From Bacteroidota bacterium (GTDB taxonomy: Bacteria > Bacteroidota > Bacteroidia > Cytophagales > Spirosomataceae), in the NCBI GenBank assembly GCA_041191865.1, contig JBEEOB010000010.1, positions 2,306 to 66,305 of the forward strand: a DNA stretch of 64,000 nucleotides, read 5' to 3'. Made by a program: the position numbers and the translations under genes. Below are positions 44,698 through 54,139 of this stretch, piece after piece. How positions within the stretch are numbered: the first letter of the stretch is position 1; every line of letters starts with the position of its first letter. The notes beneath the pieces are model-generated. The model was given only the letters and a program-made list of their open reading frames with translations, had not been told where the DNA came from and did not search any database.

Positions 44698-46781
44698 TAT
44701 CTTAAAAATCCTGCGGCCACACCGCCGTCTACGTTCAATGCATTTCCAGTCGACTTATTCAATAAGCCACCCACGAATGCAAAACATGCATTGGCAATAT
44801 CATCCGGTAAAATAGATTCGTTTAATAGCGTTCTTTTCGCGTAATATGCGGGTAACTCAGCTACCGTGATGCCATAGGCTTTGGCGCGACCTTCGGCCCA
44901 TCCGCCAGCCCAGATATTGGAATCCGCAATCACCGCATCCGGATTGACCGTATTCACGCGAATGTGATCGGGTCCTAATTCAGCAGCTAATAAGCGAGTC
45001 ATATGTGCTTGTGCTGCTTTCGCACTTCCGTAACCCACGTTATTCGGTCCAGCCACAAAAGCATTCTTCGACACAATATTCACAATATCGCCACCCAATC
45101 CCTGCTTGCGCATCACAGCAATCGCCGCTTGCGAAACCAGATATTGGCCCTTCACTAAAATATCATATAATTTATCCCAGTCGGCCTGCGTGTGCTCCAA
45201 TATCCCTTTCGAAATAGATATCCCTGCATTATTCACAATCAAATCCACCCCACCAAAATCCAAGGATGCTTGCTTCATGGCCGCCTCAATCGATTCCTGA
45301 TGGGTCACATCGGCAATCACCGTAGAAACGATATCCTTCCCAAATAATCCAACGAACTCGGCTTTCGCCTCCGCCAAACGATCGGCATTCACATCATTCA
45401 AAATCACGCAAGCTCCTTCTTGAGCCATCTTTTTGGCAATCGCCTTACCGATTCCCCCTCCCGATCCTGTGACAAATGCAACACGACCTGATAAGGCTTT
45501 GGGCTTCGGCATACGTTGGAGTTTTGCTTCTTCCAACAACCAATATTCGATATCAAACGCCTCCTGACGAGGCAAAGAAGTATACGATGAAATCGCCTCC
45601 GCACCGCGCATCACATTGATGGCATTGGTGTAAAATTCTGCGGCAACTCGCGCGGTTTGTTTGTCTTTGGCAAAGGTAAACATCCCTACACCTGGGTATA
45701 AAATCACCACGGGATTCGGGTCACGCATCGCCGGCGAATTCGCATGTTTGCAAGAATCGTAATATGATCCATACATGATGCGATAATCCTCGAACAAAGG
45801 AGTCAATGCCTCCACCGAAACATCCGACCCCAACACCAATGGCGAAATTTTCGTCCGCAAGAAGTGATCCGGGCAAGAGGTACCCAAAGGCGCCAAACGG
45901 TCTAAATCATTTGAATTAATAAATTGTAACACGCGCTCATCGTCGGAGAAATGTCCCACCATTTGCACATGCGACGAACAGAATCCGCGCAAAACGGGTG
46001 CTAGCTCAGCCGCTTTAGCAGCTCTTTCTTCCGGAGAAAACGATGACATTCGTGCTCCACCAAAAACCGTTGTCGTTGTCGTTTTCGATTCAATGTATTC
46101 CGCACATTTTTCAATGACTTCCAAGGTATTCACATAGCATTCGTAGGACGTATCGCCCCAAGTAAATAAACCATGTGAGCCCAACATGATGCCGCGCAAT
46201 TGCACATCCCGTGAAGCCGCTTCATCTAAACAAGCTTTTAATTGCAAGCCTAAATCGAAGCCTGGACGTTGCCAACCAACCCAGCCGATTAAACCTCCGA
46301 AAAGTTCTTTGGTAATTTGCTCACCATCCTTGGAGGCCGCAATCGCAATCGCAGCATCGGGATGTAAGTGATCAATATGTTTGAAAGGTAAAAATCCATG
46401 CAAAGGCGTATCAATCGAGGGCGCTTTGGAAGACAAATCAAAAATGCAATGGTTGAACAATTCCACCATCTCATCCTCATGCTCCAAGCCGCGGTAGACA
46501 TTTGTCAAGGAGCGTAAACGATCCACGTACAAGGCCGCGCAGCCCGACTTCTTCAATGTCCCAATATCGCCACCAGAACCCTTGATCCACATCACTTCCG
46601 TTTCAGAGCCCGTCAAAGGATCTTTATCCTGCAATTTGACGGAGGTGTTTCCGCCACCGTAGTTGGTAATACGTAAATCCGCTCCTAAAATATTCGAGCG
46701 ATAGATGAATAGGTCAACTTCATTCCCTGCGAGTGCTGCTGCTTTCGCGTCATCCCAGAGATACGATACGTGTTTGTACAT
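44697..46781 (-). CDS. Bifunctional rhamnulose-1-phosphate aldolase / short-chain dehydrogenase (RhaEW-type)
   Basis: GGGNTS, KGSGGD, PSIDTPLH, DHLHPD, CPDHFLRTK, EYWLLEEAKL; SDR TGSGGGIG, NNAG, YGSAK. Confidence 0.92.
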   Translation of the reverse strand: MYKHVSYLWDDAKAAALAGNEVDLFIYRSNILGADLRITNYGGGNTSVKLQDKDPLTGSETEVMWIKGSGGDIGTLKKSGCAALYVDRLRSLTNVYRGLEHEDEMVELFNHCIFDLSSKAPSIDTPLHGFLPFKHIDHLHPDAAIAIAASKDGEQITKELFGGLIGWVGWQRPGFDLGLQLKACLDEAASRDVQLRGIMLGSHGLFTWGDTSYECYVNTLEVIEKCAEYIESKTTTTTVFGGARMSSFSPEERAAKAAELAPVLRGFCSSHVQMVGHFSDDERVLQFINSNDLDRLAPLGTSCPDHFLRTKISPLVLGSDVSVEALTPLFEDYRIMYGSYYDSCKHANSPAMRDPNPVVILYPGVGMFTFAKDKQTARVAAEFYTNAINVMRGAEAISSYTSLPRQEAFDIEYWLLEEAKLQRMPKPKALSGRVAFVTGSGGGIGKAIAKKMAQEGACVILNDVNADRLAEAKAEFVGLFGKDIVSTVIADVTHQESIEAAMKQASLDFGGVDLIVNNAGISISKGILEHTQADWDKLYDILVKGQYLVSQAAIAVMRKQGLGGDIVNIVSKNAFVAGPNNVGYGSAKAAQAHMTRLLAAELGPDHIRVNTVNPDAVIADSNIWAGGWAEGRAKAYGITVAELPAYYAKRTLLNESILPDDIANACFAFVGGLLNKSTGNALNVDGGVAAGFLR

Positions 46782-46835
46782 ACTTAATTTATTTTTTTCA
46801 AATCTACTTAGCTAAAAGTGCCCAACCGTCCTATC

Positions 46836-49169
46836 CTACCTAGGGATAGTCAAATTATTTTTGCCGGCTTTTAAAGGGTATTTCTTTCCTTGCCAAACAA
46901 AGTTTCCGCTCACCGTCCCTGGCAAGGTTATGGATGCCATGCCCGATTTATATTGAACCTGAATTTCTCCTTGAGGATGCGGGACTATTCCCTCCACTTC
47001 TTTCAAGTCCCCGAGGTGCGGCTCGATCTTCACTTTGGCGAAGGCTGGCGCATCCGAATCTACCCCTAAGACGATGCGGAAGAATTCGATGTTCGGACTC
47101 GAACCCCAAGCATGGCAATCTGAACGCGAGGTAGAAATGTCTGACGTTTCCGCCCAGGTTGTCAATCCCATGTCGATATTTTCTTTCCATTTATCCAACC
47201 AAGATAAGTAGTCATTTCCCTTACCAGCTTTTGTTAATGCCAAATGAAGGTAGTATTTAAAGTAGATAGACGCAGGTGCTAAATCCTTGTCAGTCAATAA
47301 CTTGCTTGACACCCCGCCAGCGTCAAAACCCGCCAAAATGGCAAGGGAATTTGCATGTTGGGAAAATTTATCATGCAACTCCGTATCCGCATACAATCCT
47401 CTTCCAACGTCCCAATACAAGGCCTTCAAGATAGGTTTCATGGCCTTCACTTTAGCCTCATAACGTGCTGCCATTTCCGGATATCCGAAATAGCGCTCTA
47501 TATCCGCCGCATTTTGAAGGATCCAACTATACTGAAAATCAATTACCGCCGATCGACCCGATGGCCCCACGGGCGCAATTCCGCGTGGCCAGGCATTCAC
47601 CCAATCCGAGAAGGTCCAATATGGAATTTTTTGCAAGGTGCCATCCGCTCCCTCAAAACGCGCGAAATAATCCAAGATCCCGCGCATGCCAGCCAATTTG
47701 TTTTTCAAGAAGGATGGATCTTTCCCATAACGCAAATAGTCATGCAACATCCCAATATACCACAGGGAGAACGTGGGGATTTGTTGGTGCAAGTCCGTCG
47801 GGTACCGACTCAGCGTGATCCCTTCCGCAATCCGGGAATGATCCATATGATCGAGCGCCTGACGAACCAATCGCTCATCTCCCGCATAATAAAGACTCAC
47901 AAGCGCTTGAATTCGCGCATCACCGATATACTGCAATTGCTCGTAATAAGGACAATCCATATAGGTTTCCATGGCGCAAAGTCGTGCGGTGCGAAAGCCA
48001 ACATCAAGTAATTGGGGAATTAAGGGATTATCTGTTTTCAACGACGCCTTTGCTTGGAAAGGGAAACCGGTAAATACACTTTTAAAATCGTGTAAAGTCA
48101 AGGCCTCTGCCTCCGTCTTCACCGTTAGTCGTACATAACGAAAAGTCCGATAGGTCATCGTTTCAAAGGTATGCGCAGCGCCATCGGCGATCAAGCTATC
48201 CTTCCGACCAAGCCAATATTTATTTTCAATGTCGTTCCGATTGCCCTTGTGATTTCCATTTTTCGTCGTCGTACTTAGGGCTTTCTTTTCATAGAGTCCT
48301 TCTGCGTAAGTAAGACCTATTTTGGCATCCTTTCCCCCCGTGAAGGTCAATTGTGGATAGGCATTTGTCAGGACTCCTTGGTCAATCCACAGATCCACCG
48401 AAGAATTAGCTGGAATCGTCATCGTTTTTCCATGAATCAAATCGCCTTCCCCTTTCCGGATGGAAGTAAATCTTTGTGATGTCAATTCCATCGCTGGAAT
48501 CGCTGACGGATATAACATCCATCCTTTTGCATCAATAGACGCTCCTTTCGTCAATCCTGGACCGATCGATTTCGCGGAAATAAATGGCGACCAACCTTTG
48601 GCATAATCCTGTAATTCACCTTGACCAGCTACATAATAGCCCGGTACTCGAGGCTGCAAAGGTGATATTCCCAAATTCTTGGCTACTTTCCAGTCCATGC
48701 TGGTATTCAATATTGATTGGCTTGCATCATCCGCCTGCAAGATAAAACCTGTCGCATAGGAAATTTGGGCTTCCGACTTTCCTTTCCCCTCATTCCAAAC
48801 CAAGGCTTCCACCATATTTTCACCCGATTTCAAATAAGAAGCTATATCTAGCGTTTCAAAATTCCAGAAATACAAATCCCCCCGAGCTGGACCCGCAGAA
48901 ATCCAGGTCCCATTCACATATAATTTATAGCGATTATCACCAGAAACATGAATCAGGCATTTAGTGGGTTTTTCCGAAAGGATAACTTTCTTCTGAAATT
49001 TGTAAACACCATAATCCTTTAATCCGGTCATCGTGTAAACATTGTTGGCATTTTCAGCATAGGTAATCCAAGAAGCCTTCCAGGGTTTATTCCAAAGTTC
49101 AGATTTTAGATTTTGTGTATAGGCCAAAGGGCCTGCAAGCAGAAGGAGGATTAGGATGAGCTTTTTCAT
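46836..49169 (-). CDS. Alpha-L-rhamnosidase (GH78)
   Basis: Signal peptide from ATG 49169; MDCPYYEQLQYIGD, GLTTWAE, SDCHAW. Confidence 0.88.
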   Translation of the reverse strand: MKKLILILLLLAGPLAYTQNLKSELWNKPWKASWITYAENANNVYTMTGLKDYGVYKFQKKVILSEKPTKCLIHVSGDNRYKLYVNGTWISAGPARGDLYFWNFETLDIASYLKSGENMVEALVWNEGKGKSEAQISYATGFILQADDASQSILNTSMDWKVAKNLGISPLQPRVPGYYVAGQGELQDYAKGWSPFISAKSIGPGLTKGASIDAKGWMLYPSAIPAMELTSQRFTSIRKGEGDLIHGKTMTIPANSSVDLWIDQGVLTNAYPQLTFTGGKDAKIGLTYAEGLYEKKALSTTTKNGNHKGNRNDIENKYWLGRKDSLIADGAAHTFETMTYRTFRYVRLTVKTEAEALTLHDFKSVFTGFPFQAKASLKTDNPLIPQLLDVGFRTARLCAMETYMDCPYYEQLQYIGDARIQALVSLYYAGDERLVRQALDHMDHSRIAEGITLSRYPTDLHQQIPTFSLWYIGMLHDYLRYGKDPSFLKNKLAGMRGILDYFARFEGADGTLQKIPYWTFSDWVNAWPRGIAPVGPSGRSAVIDFQYSWILQNAADIERYFGYPEMAARYEAKVKAMKPILKALYWDVGRGLYADTELHDKFSQHANSLAILAGFDAGGVSSKLLTDKDLAPASIYFKYYLHLALTKAGKGNDYLSWLDKWKENIDMGLTTWAETSDISTSRSDCHAWGSSPNIEFFRIVLGVDSDAPAFAKVKIEPHLGDLKEVEGIVPHPQGEIQVQYKSGMASITLPGTVSGNFVWQGKKYPLKAGKNNLTIPR

Positions 49170-49189
49170 AGGTTTATACTTACATAACA

Positions 49190-49247
49190 AACCCCAGGCT
49201 AAAGCCCGGGGTTATCGATTATTTATAACCCCAGGTTTTAACCTGGG
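49190..49247. repeat. Pair of REP-like palindromes (CCCCAGG family)
   Basis: AACCCCAGGCTAAAGCCCGGGGTT (49190-49213) and CCCCAGGTTTAACCTGGGG (49229-49247). Confidence 0.7.
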
Positions 49248-49256
49248 GAATTGAAG

Positions 49257-50579
49257 CTATTTCTTTTTCTTCGGCTGTGCCATATCCATGTAATCCACAA
49301 CCAAGCTACTTAAGGCTTTTACCCCCACTTGGAATTGACCTTCATCAAGTTGGAAATCTGGCGTATGATGACCAGCAACTTCGTTTGCCTTTTTGTTCTC
49401 CGGACGAGCCCCTAAAAAGAAGAAAATTCCAGGAACTTTTTGTTGGAAGAATGAGAAATCCTCCGCCCCTGTATGAGCAGGAATCACTCGAACGCGATCC
49501 TTACCATTGACACCTTGAAGCGTAGGCAACATTTTTTCGACCAACTCCGGATTGTTATATGTCACGGGGTATCCTGTACCAATTGTCACATCCGCTTTCC
49601 CGCCACCACTTTCAGCTATGTTGGTTGCAATGTCTTTGATGCGTTGGTGCACTAATTTGCGTTGTTCCACGCCAAACGTACGGATCGTACCAATCATATG
49701 AGAACTTTCTGGAATAATGTTTTGGCGGATACCGCTATGGATAGCTCCGACGGTAACAATCGCAGGATCTTCCGTAATGTTCACGGAACGGGACACGATC
49801 GTTTGTAAACCCATCACGATTTGAGATGAAATGACAATCGGATCAATTCCTGTCCAAGGCGATGCACCATGCGCTTGCTTGCCTTTAACCATGATATCCA
49901 ATTGGTCAACCGCTGCCATGGTTGCCCCAGATTTATATTCAATAACACCGTTATCAGAACCCGCAGAAATATGTAGTCCAAATATTACTTCAACTTTGGG
50001 GTTTTCTAAAACACCTTCTTTAACCATCAATTCGGCACCTGAAAGGATCATTTCCCCTTTTTCATTGTAAACACCCTCTTCAGCAGGTTGGAAAATAAAT
50101 TTTACTGTACCCGCCAGGCTTGCTTTCTCAGAAGCTAATATTTCAGCAACAGCCATCAAAATCGCCACATGGGAATCATGTCCGCAGGCATGCATGACAC
50201 CCGTTTTTTGACCATTAAATTCAGCAGTCACTTGGGATTTAAAGGGCAAATTTCCTCGTTCTGTTACCGGCAAGCCATCCATATCTGCACGTAAAGCCAC
50301 CACAGGTCCAGGCTTTCCTCCTTTCAATACACCCACGACGCCGGTGTAACCTACTTTCTCTTGCACTTCGATGCCCAAAGAACGCAAATGCGCTGCTATA
50401 ATTCCTGCAGTACGTAGTTCTTGGTTTCCTAATTCGGGATGTTCGTGAAAATCACGGCGCCATGCGATAACCTTGTCTTTCAAAGCATCCGCTTTTTGCG
50501 CAATAACTGGTTTTAAGGATGATTGCGCCGATGCGAAAAATGGCGCAGCGAGTAGGGCGATGAAGGTTATTTTTTTCAT
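49257..50579 (-). CDS. M20D family amidohydrolase
   Basis: HEHPEL, RADMDGLP, HACGHD, FQPAEEG, AEDFS; signal peptide. Confidence 0.9.
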   Translation of the reverse strand: MKKITFIALLAAPFFASAQSSLKPVIAQKADALKDKVIAWRRDFHEHPELGNQELRTAGIIAAHLRSLGIEVQEKVGYTGVVGVLKGGKPGPVVALRADMDGLPVTERGNLPFKSQVTAEFNGQKTGVMHACGHDSHVAILMAVAEILASEKASLAGTVKFIFQPAEEGVYNEKGEMILSGAELMVKEGVLENPKVEVIFGLHISAGSDNGVIEYKSGATMAAVDQLDIMVKGKQAHGASPWTGIDPIVISSQIVMGLQTIVSRSVNITEDPAIVTVGAIHSGIRQNIIPESSHMIGTIRTFGVEQRKLVHQRIKDIATNIAESGGGKADVTIGTGYPVTYNNPELVEKMLPTLQGVNGKDRVRVIPAHTGAEDFSFFQQKVPGIFFFLGARPENKKANEVAGHHTPDFQLDEGQFQVGVKALSSLVVDYMDMAQPKKKK

Positions 50580-50590
50580 ATTCTTATTTT

Positions 50591-50706
50591 GTAGAGACGC
50601 TATTGGCGACTCTGAAATTGTAGAGACGCGATACCTCGCGTCTCTTTTTATTTAGACGCAAAGTTTTGCGTCTCTACATTTTTGACGCGAGGTATCGCGT
50701 CTTTAC
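50591..50706. repeat. Cluster of four GTAG-family REPs (two forward, two reverse)
   Basis: GTAGAGACGC units at 50591 and 50620; reverse units ending TCTCTAC (50677) and TCTTTAC (50706); same family as 16637-16718. Confidence 0.88.
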
Positions 50707-50709
50707 ATT

Positions 50710-51633
50710 TTATTTATACCCCCAACCCCGCATGATGGCAATATTTTCCTTCATGCAAGCAAGTGGTTGTAATCCTTGATAAGCTTCTTGTTCGATGATA
50801 AAATGCTTTGTGCCGCCTTCTTTATCTCCTAATTTCACCAAAGCCTGTACATCGATTTGGCCAGAACCTTTTCCTAAAATGGTGGATTCAAATTTCTCAT
50901 GACCCGCAGCTGAAGGAACTTCATCTTTCACGTGCATGGAAACAAAACGTCCTGGAAATTTCTTCATCACTTCGGCAGGAATTCCACCCCCGTTAATCAT
51001 ATTACCTATATCCAATTGCTGGGCTACAAGTTTAGGATCCGTATTGCTCAACATGATATCATATAACAATTTGCCATCCAATTTCTCCGAAAATTCAAAG
51101 TCATGATTATGGTACCCGAATCTCATGTCAAATTTCTGACATAATTCGCCAGACTTATTGAAAATGTCCATGTACTTCAAAAGCAAATTCAAATCCTTAC
51201 GAATACCCATGTCGATCGAAGGACTAATTACGAGCTCTTGCCCCATGATAGCCGCATCCTCCACGGTATATTTCCATAAATCGGTAAAGTCATTTTTGGA
51301 ATCATCCCAGTGTGCCTTTCCCATCACTGTGTGACCTGAAGGCATCTTCATACCTAAATCGTCGAGGCGCTTGCGGAATTCTTTGGCTTCCCAACCGTAA
51401 AACTTGCGGTTCATGTAATTCGCATGTTCGACATATTTGTAGCCCATTTCAGCTAAAGCATTCAAGGTTCCTTGTGGATCTTTGCGCATATCATCGCGCA
51501 CAGAATACAACTGAACGCCAACTAATTTTTTGTATTTAACTGCCGCTAGACTCTGCAATGCAGGAGAGGCAAAGGCTAATGCGCCAAGCCCAAAGGCCGA
51601 ATTGCGCAAAAAGGAACGACGTGATGAATTCAT
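50710..51633 (-). CDS. Sugar phosphate isomerase/epimerase (IolE/AP-endonuclease-2 TIM barrel), Tat-exported
   Basis: SRRSFL, GVQLYSVR, GYHNHDFEF, HVKD, IEQE. Confidence 0.88.
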   Translation of the reverse strand: MNSSRRSFLRNSAFGLGALAFASPALQSLAAVKYKKLVGVQLYSVRDDMRKDPQGTLNALAEMGYKYVEHANYMNRKFYGWEAKEFRKRLDDLGMKMPSGHTVMGKAHWDDSKNDFTDLWKYTVEDAAIMGQELVISPSIDMGIRKDLNLLLKYMDIFNKSGELCQKFDMRFGYHNHDFEFSEKLDGKLLYDIMLSNTDPKLVAQQLDIGNMINGGGIPAEVMKKFPGRFVSMHVKDEVPSAAGHEKFESTILGKGSGQIDVQALVKLGDKEGGTKHFIIEQEAYQGLQPLACMKENIAIMRGWGYK

Positions 51634-51708
51634 AGTTTAAGAGGTTTATTTAGTTCTCCAAGCTACTAATTCTATTTCTATTTTACAAAATTCCCGTAAC
51701 TTCGAAGG

Positions 51709-52953
51709 ATGATGCAACCCCTCGCAGAACGCATGCGCCCCACTTCCTTAGAAGACTACATTGGCCAAGAAAAGGTCATTGGAGCTCATGCGCCCCTGCG
51801 CAAGGCGATTGAGGCAGGACATCTCCCCTCTTGTATCCTGTGGGGGCCTCCCGGGGTAGGCAAAACAACGTTAGCAACCTTATTAGCCGGAGCATTAAAA
51901 AGAACTATTTATACACTTTCTGCCGTACAATCCGGCGTGAAGGAAGTTCGTGAGACACTTGAACTGGCAAAAAAAAACCGGATGTTCGAGGCGCAATCAC
52001 CCATCTTGTTTATTGATGAGATTCACCGCTTTTCGAAGTCCCAACAAGATTCCTTGTTGAATGCCGTTGAAAAAGGAATCGTAACTTTAGTCGGTGCAAC
52101 GACCGAAAACCCTTCATTCGAAGTTATTTCAGCCCTTTTATCCCGTTGCCAAGTCTATGTATTAGAGGCATTGAATGATGTGCATTTACGCCAACTGATC
52201 GACAAGGCAATTAGCTCGGATAAATTATTCACCAATAAAACAATCACGTTAACGGAAACCGACGCGCTTTTTCATTTTTCAGGCGGAGATGGACGAAAAT
52301 TGTTGAATCTTTTCGAATTACTCATTACGACCGAAGGAGCAAATGAAATCGAAGTAACAAATGCCCTAGTTACAGTACGCTTGCAAAAAAACTTAGCGCA
52401 GTACGACAAGGACGGCGAACAACATTACGACATCATTTCCGCATTTATCAAATCAATCCGCGGATCAGATCCGGATGCGGCGGTATATTGGTTAGCCCGC
52501 ATGCTCGCAGGGGGTGAATCACTTGAATTTATCGGTCGGCGCTTATTGATTTTAGCCTCCGAAGACATTGGTCTAGCCAATCCAAACGCGCTCCTGTTGG
52601 CCCAATCCTGTTTCGATTCCATTCGGGTTATTGGTAACCCTGAATCCCGAATCATATTATCCCAAACGGTGATTTATTTGGCAACCTCGCCAAAAAGCAA
52701 TTCGGCCTATAATGCCATCAACAAAGCGATGGCCTACGTAGAGCAAACCGGCAACTTACCCGTGCCTTTGCATTTACGCAATGCGCCGACACGCCTGATG
52801 AAAGATTTGAATTACGGGGCCGATTATAAATACCCACATGATTTTCCGGGAAATTGGGTTGAGCAGAATTACTTCCCAGAGGTACCGTCGCGTCCGGTGT
52901 TTTACAAACCGTCGGAACAGGACAAAATTAATCGTGGCACTCCATCAAAATAA
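51709..52953 (+). CDS. rarA: Replication-associated recombination protein A
   Basis: PLAERMRP, WGPPGVGKTT, DEIHRF, GATTENPSF, KSIRGSDPDAA, SEDIG. Confidence 0.95.
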   Translation: MMQPLAERMRPTSLEDYIGQEKVIGAHAPLRKAIEAGHLPSCILWGPPGVGKTTLATLLAGALKRTIYTLSAVQSGVKEVRETLELAKKNRMFEAQSPILFIDEIHRFSKSQQDSLLNAVEKGIVTLVGATTENPSFEVISALLSRCQVYVLEALNDVHLRQLIDKAISSDKLFTNKTITLTETDALFHFSGGDGRKLLNLFELLITTEGANEIEVTNALVTVRLQKNLAQYDKDGEQHYDIISAFIKSIRGSDPDAAVYWLARMLAGGESLEFIGRRLLILASEDIGLANPNALLLAQSCFDSIRVIGNPESRIILSQTVIYLATSPKSNSAYNAINKAMAYVEQTGNLPVPLHLRNAPTRLMKDLNYGADYKYPHDFPGNWVEQNYFPEVPSRPVFYKPSEQDKINRGTPSK

Positions 52954-53581
52954 GCGATCCACTTTCGTAAGAAATTTTAACCATTCCATCCGTCTTCGTT
53001 TCATTACTTGAACTTGTTTGTGTCCCTAGACTTAATTTGGGATGATTCAATTCGTATTTTAAACCTGAAGATTTTACCTGAATTGCCTCACCGTATGGCA
53101 TGAGCGAAATGGGCGTTTCCGCAGGATACCATTTCTCGAAAACAGGTGGCAATAAATAGGATGTCGAAAAATCATCGAAGAAGACAATCTTCATCCGCCG
53201 ACCATAGCGCACCAGCGAATGAAAATTATTTAACGTGTGGTCCATGCGTTTTCCGGACGCCCAAATCACATTCACAGCTGGATAACCTTCCTCCAGTAAA
53301 TATTCAAATGCCTTCTCTAAATCGGTTAAATTTTGATCGGGTGTATGTACTTTTTTCAAGGGATAATCACGGAAATCAGCGATGTGCGTATGATCAAAAT
53401 CGCCCAACCACACATCCACTTTGATACCTAATGAAATTACCCGTTCCAAGGCCCCATCTAAAACTATTACGGTAGGCGACCACTCCAATAATTGGTCCAA
53501 AATATCCATCGAGCAAGCCTCCCCATTCGCGATAATCAGCGCAGGTTCTTGTTTGTCTCGGATGATGTGATGTGAAGACAT
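52928..53581 (-). CDS. thiN: Thiamine diphosphokinase
   Basis: IIANG, LDGA, GDFD, QNLTDLEKA, GKRMDH, SSNE. Confidence 0.88.
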   Translation of the reverse strand: MSSHHIIRDKQEPALIIANGEACSMDILDQLLEWSPTVIVLDGALERVISLGIKVDVWLGDFDHTHIADFRDYPLKKVHTPDQNLTDLEKAFEYLLEEGYPAVNVIWASGKRMDHTLNNFHSLVRYGRRMKIVFFDDFSTSYLLPPVFEKWYPAETPISLMPYGEAIQVKSSGLKYELNHPKLSLGTQTSSSNETKTDGMVKISYESGSLILMECHD

Positions 53582-53582
53582 A

Positions 53583-54056
53583 TTAGGCTTTGAAATCCGA
53601 TTTACCTCCTGATTTTGAAATCAATTTAGTCTCTTTGATAACGATTCCTTTGGAAACCGACTTACACATATCATATACGGTTAATGCCGCGACGGAGGCA
53701 CCTACAAGTGCTTCCATTTCAACTCCCGTTTTCGCTTCAAGCCGACAGATGCAAGTAATAACAATTTGATCCGCTAAAACTTCTGTTTCAAATTTACAGG
53801 AATCCAATCCGAGGGGATGACAGAGGGGAATCAAATCTGACGTCTTTTTGGCAGCCATCGTTCCGGCAATAACAGCCGTTCGCAGGATACTTCCTTTCTT
53901 ATTTTGCCAACCAGCCGCATCGAAATGTTGGACAATTTCCGCACCTAAAAACACGATAGACTGCGCTTTTGCTTCGCGCACCGTTTCATTTTTTGAACTA
54001 ACATCCACCATGCCAGGCGTGCCATCAGATTGCAAGTGAGAAAAGTCGATCGACAT
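53583..54056 (-). CDS. moaC: Cyclic pyranopterin monophosphate synthase
   Basis: MVDVSSK, LIPLCHP, TGVEMEAL, YDMCK, KSGGKS; start at ATG 54056. Confidence 0.95.
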   Translation of the reverse strand: MSIDFSHLQSDGTPGMVDVSSKNETVREAKAQSIVFLGAEIVQHFDAAGWQNKKGSILRTAVIAGTMAAKKTSDLIPLCHPLGLDSCKFETEVLADQIVITCICRLEAKTGVEMEALVGASVAALTVYDMCKSVSKGIVIKETKLISKSGGKSDFKA

Positions 54057-54139
54057 AGCTGATTTGAAATTTAGAAGACAAAAATACGGGAGAATTAGTA
54101 AAAAATAGCGAAATTTAACAAATACGTAAAACAACAAAC

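Noticed and set aside
50591-50706. CRISPR array or IS ends
   Set aside because: Units are in mixed orientation with spacers under 10 nt and no transposase; this fits a REP cluster
52928-52953. 26-nt convergent overlap of rarA and the thiamine diphosphokinase gene
   Set aside because: Short tail-to-tail overlaps recur in this compact genome (also 17900-17903 and 57285-57288); no sign of special function
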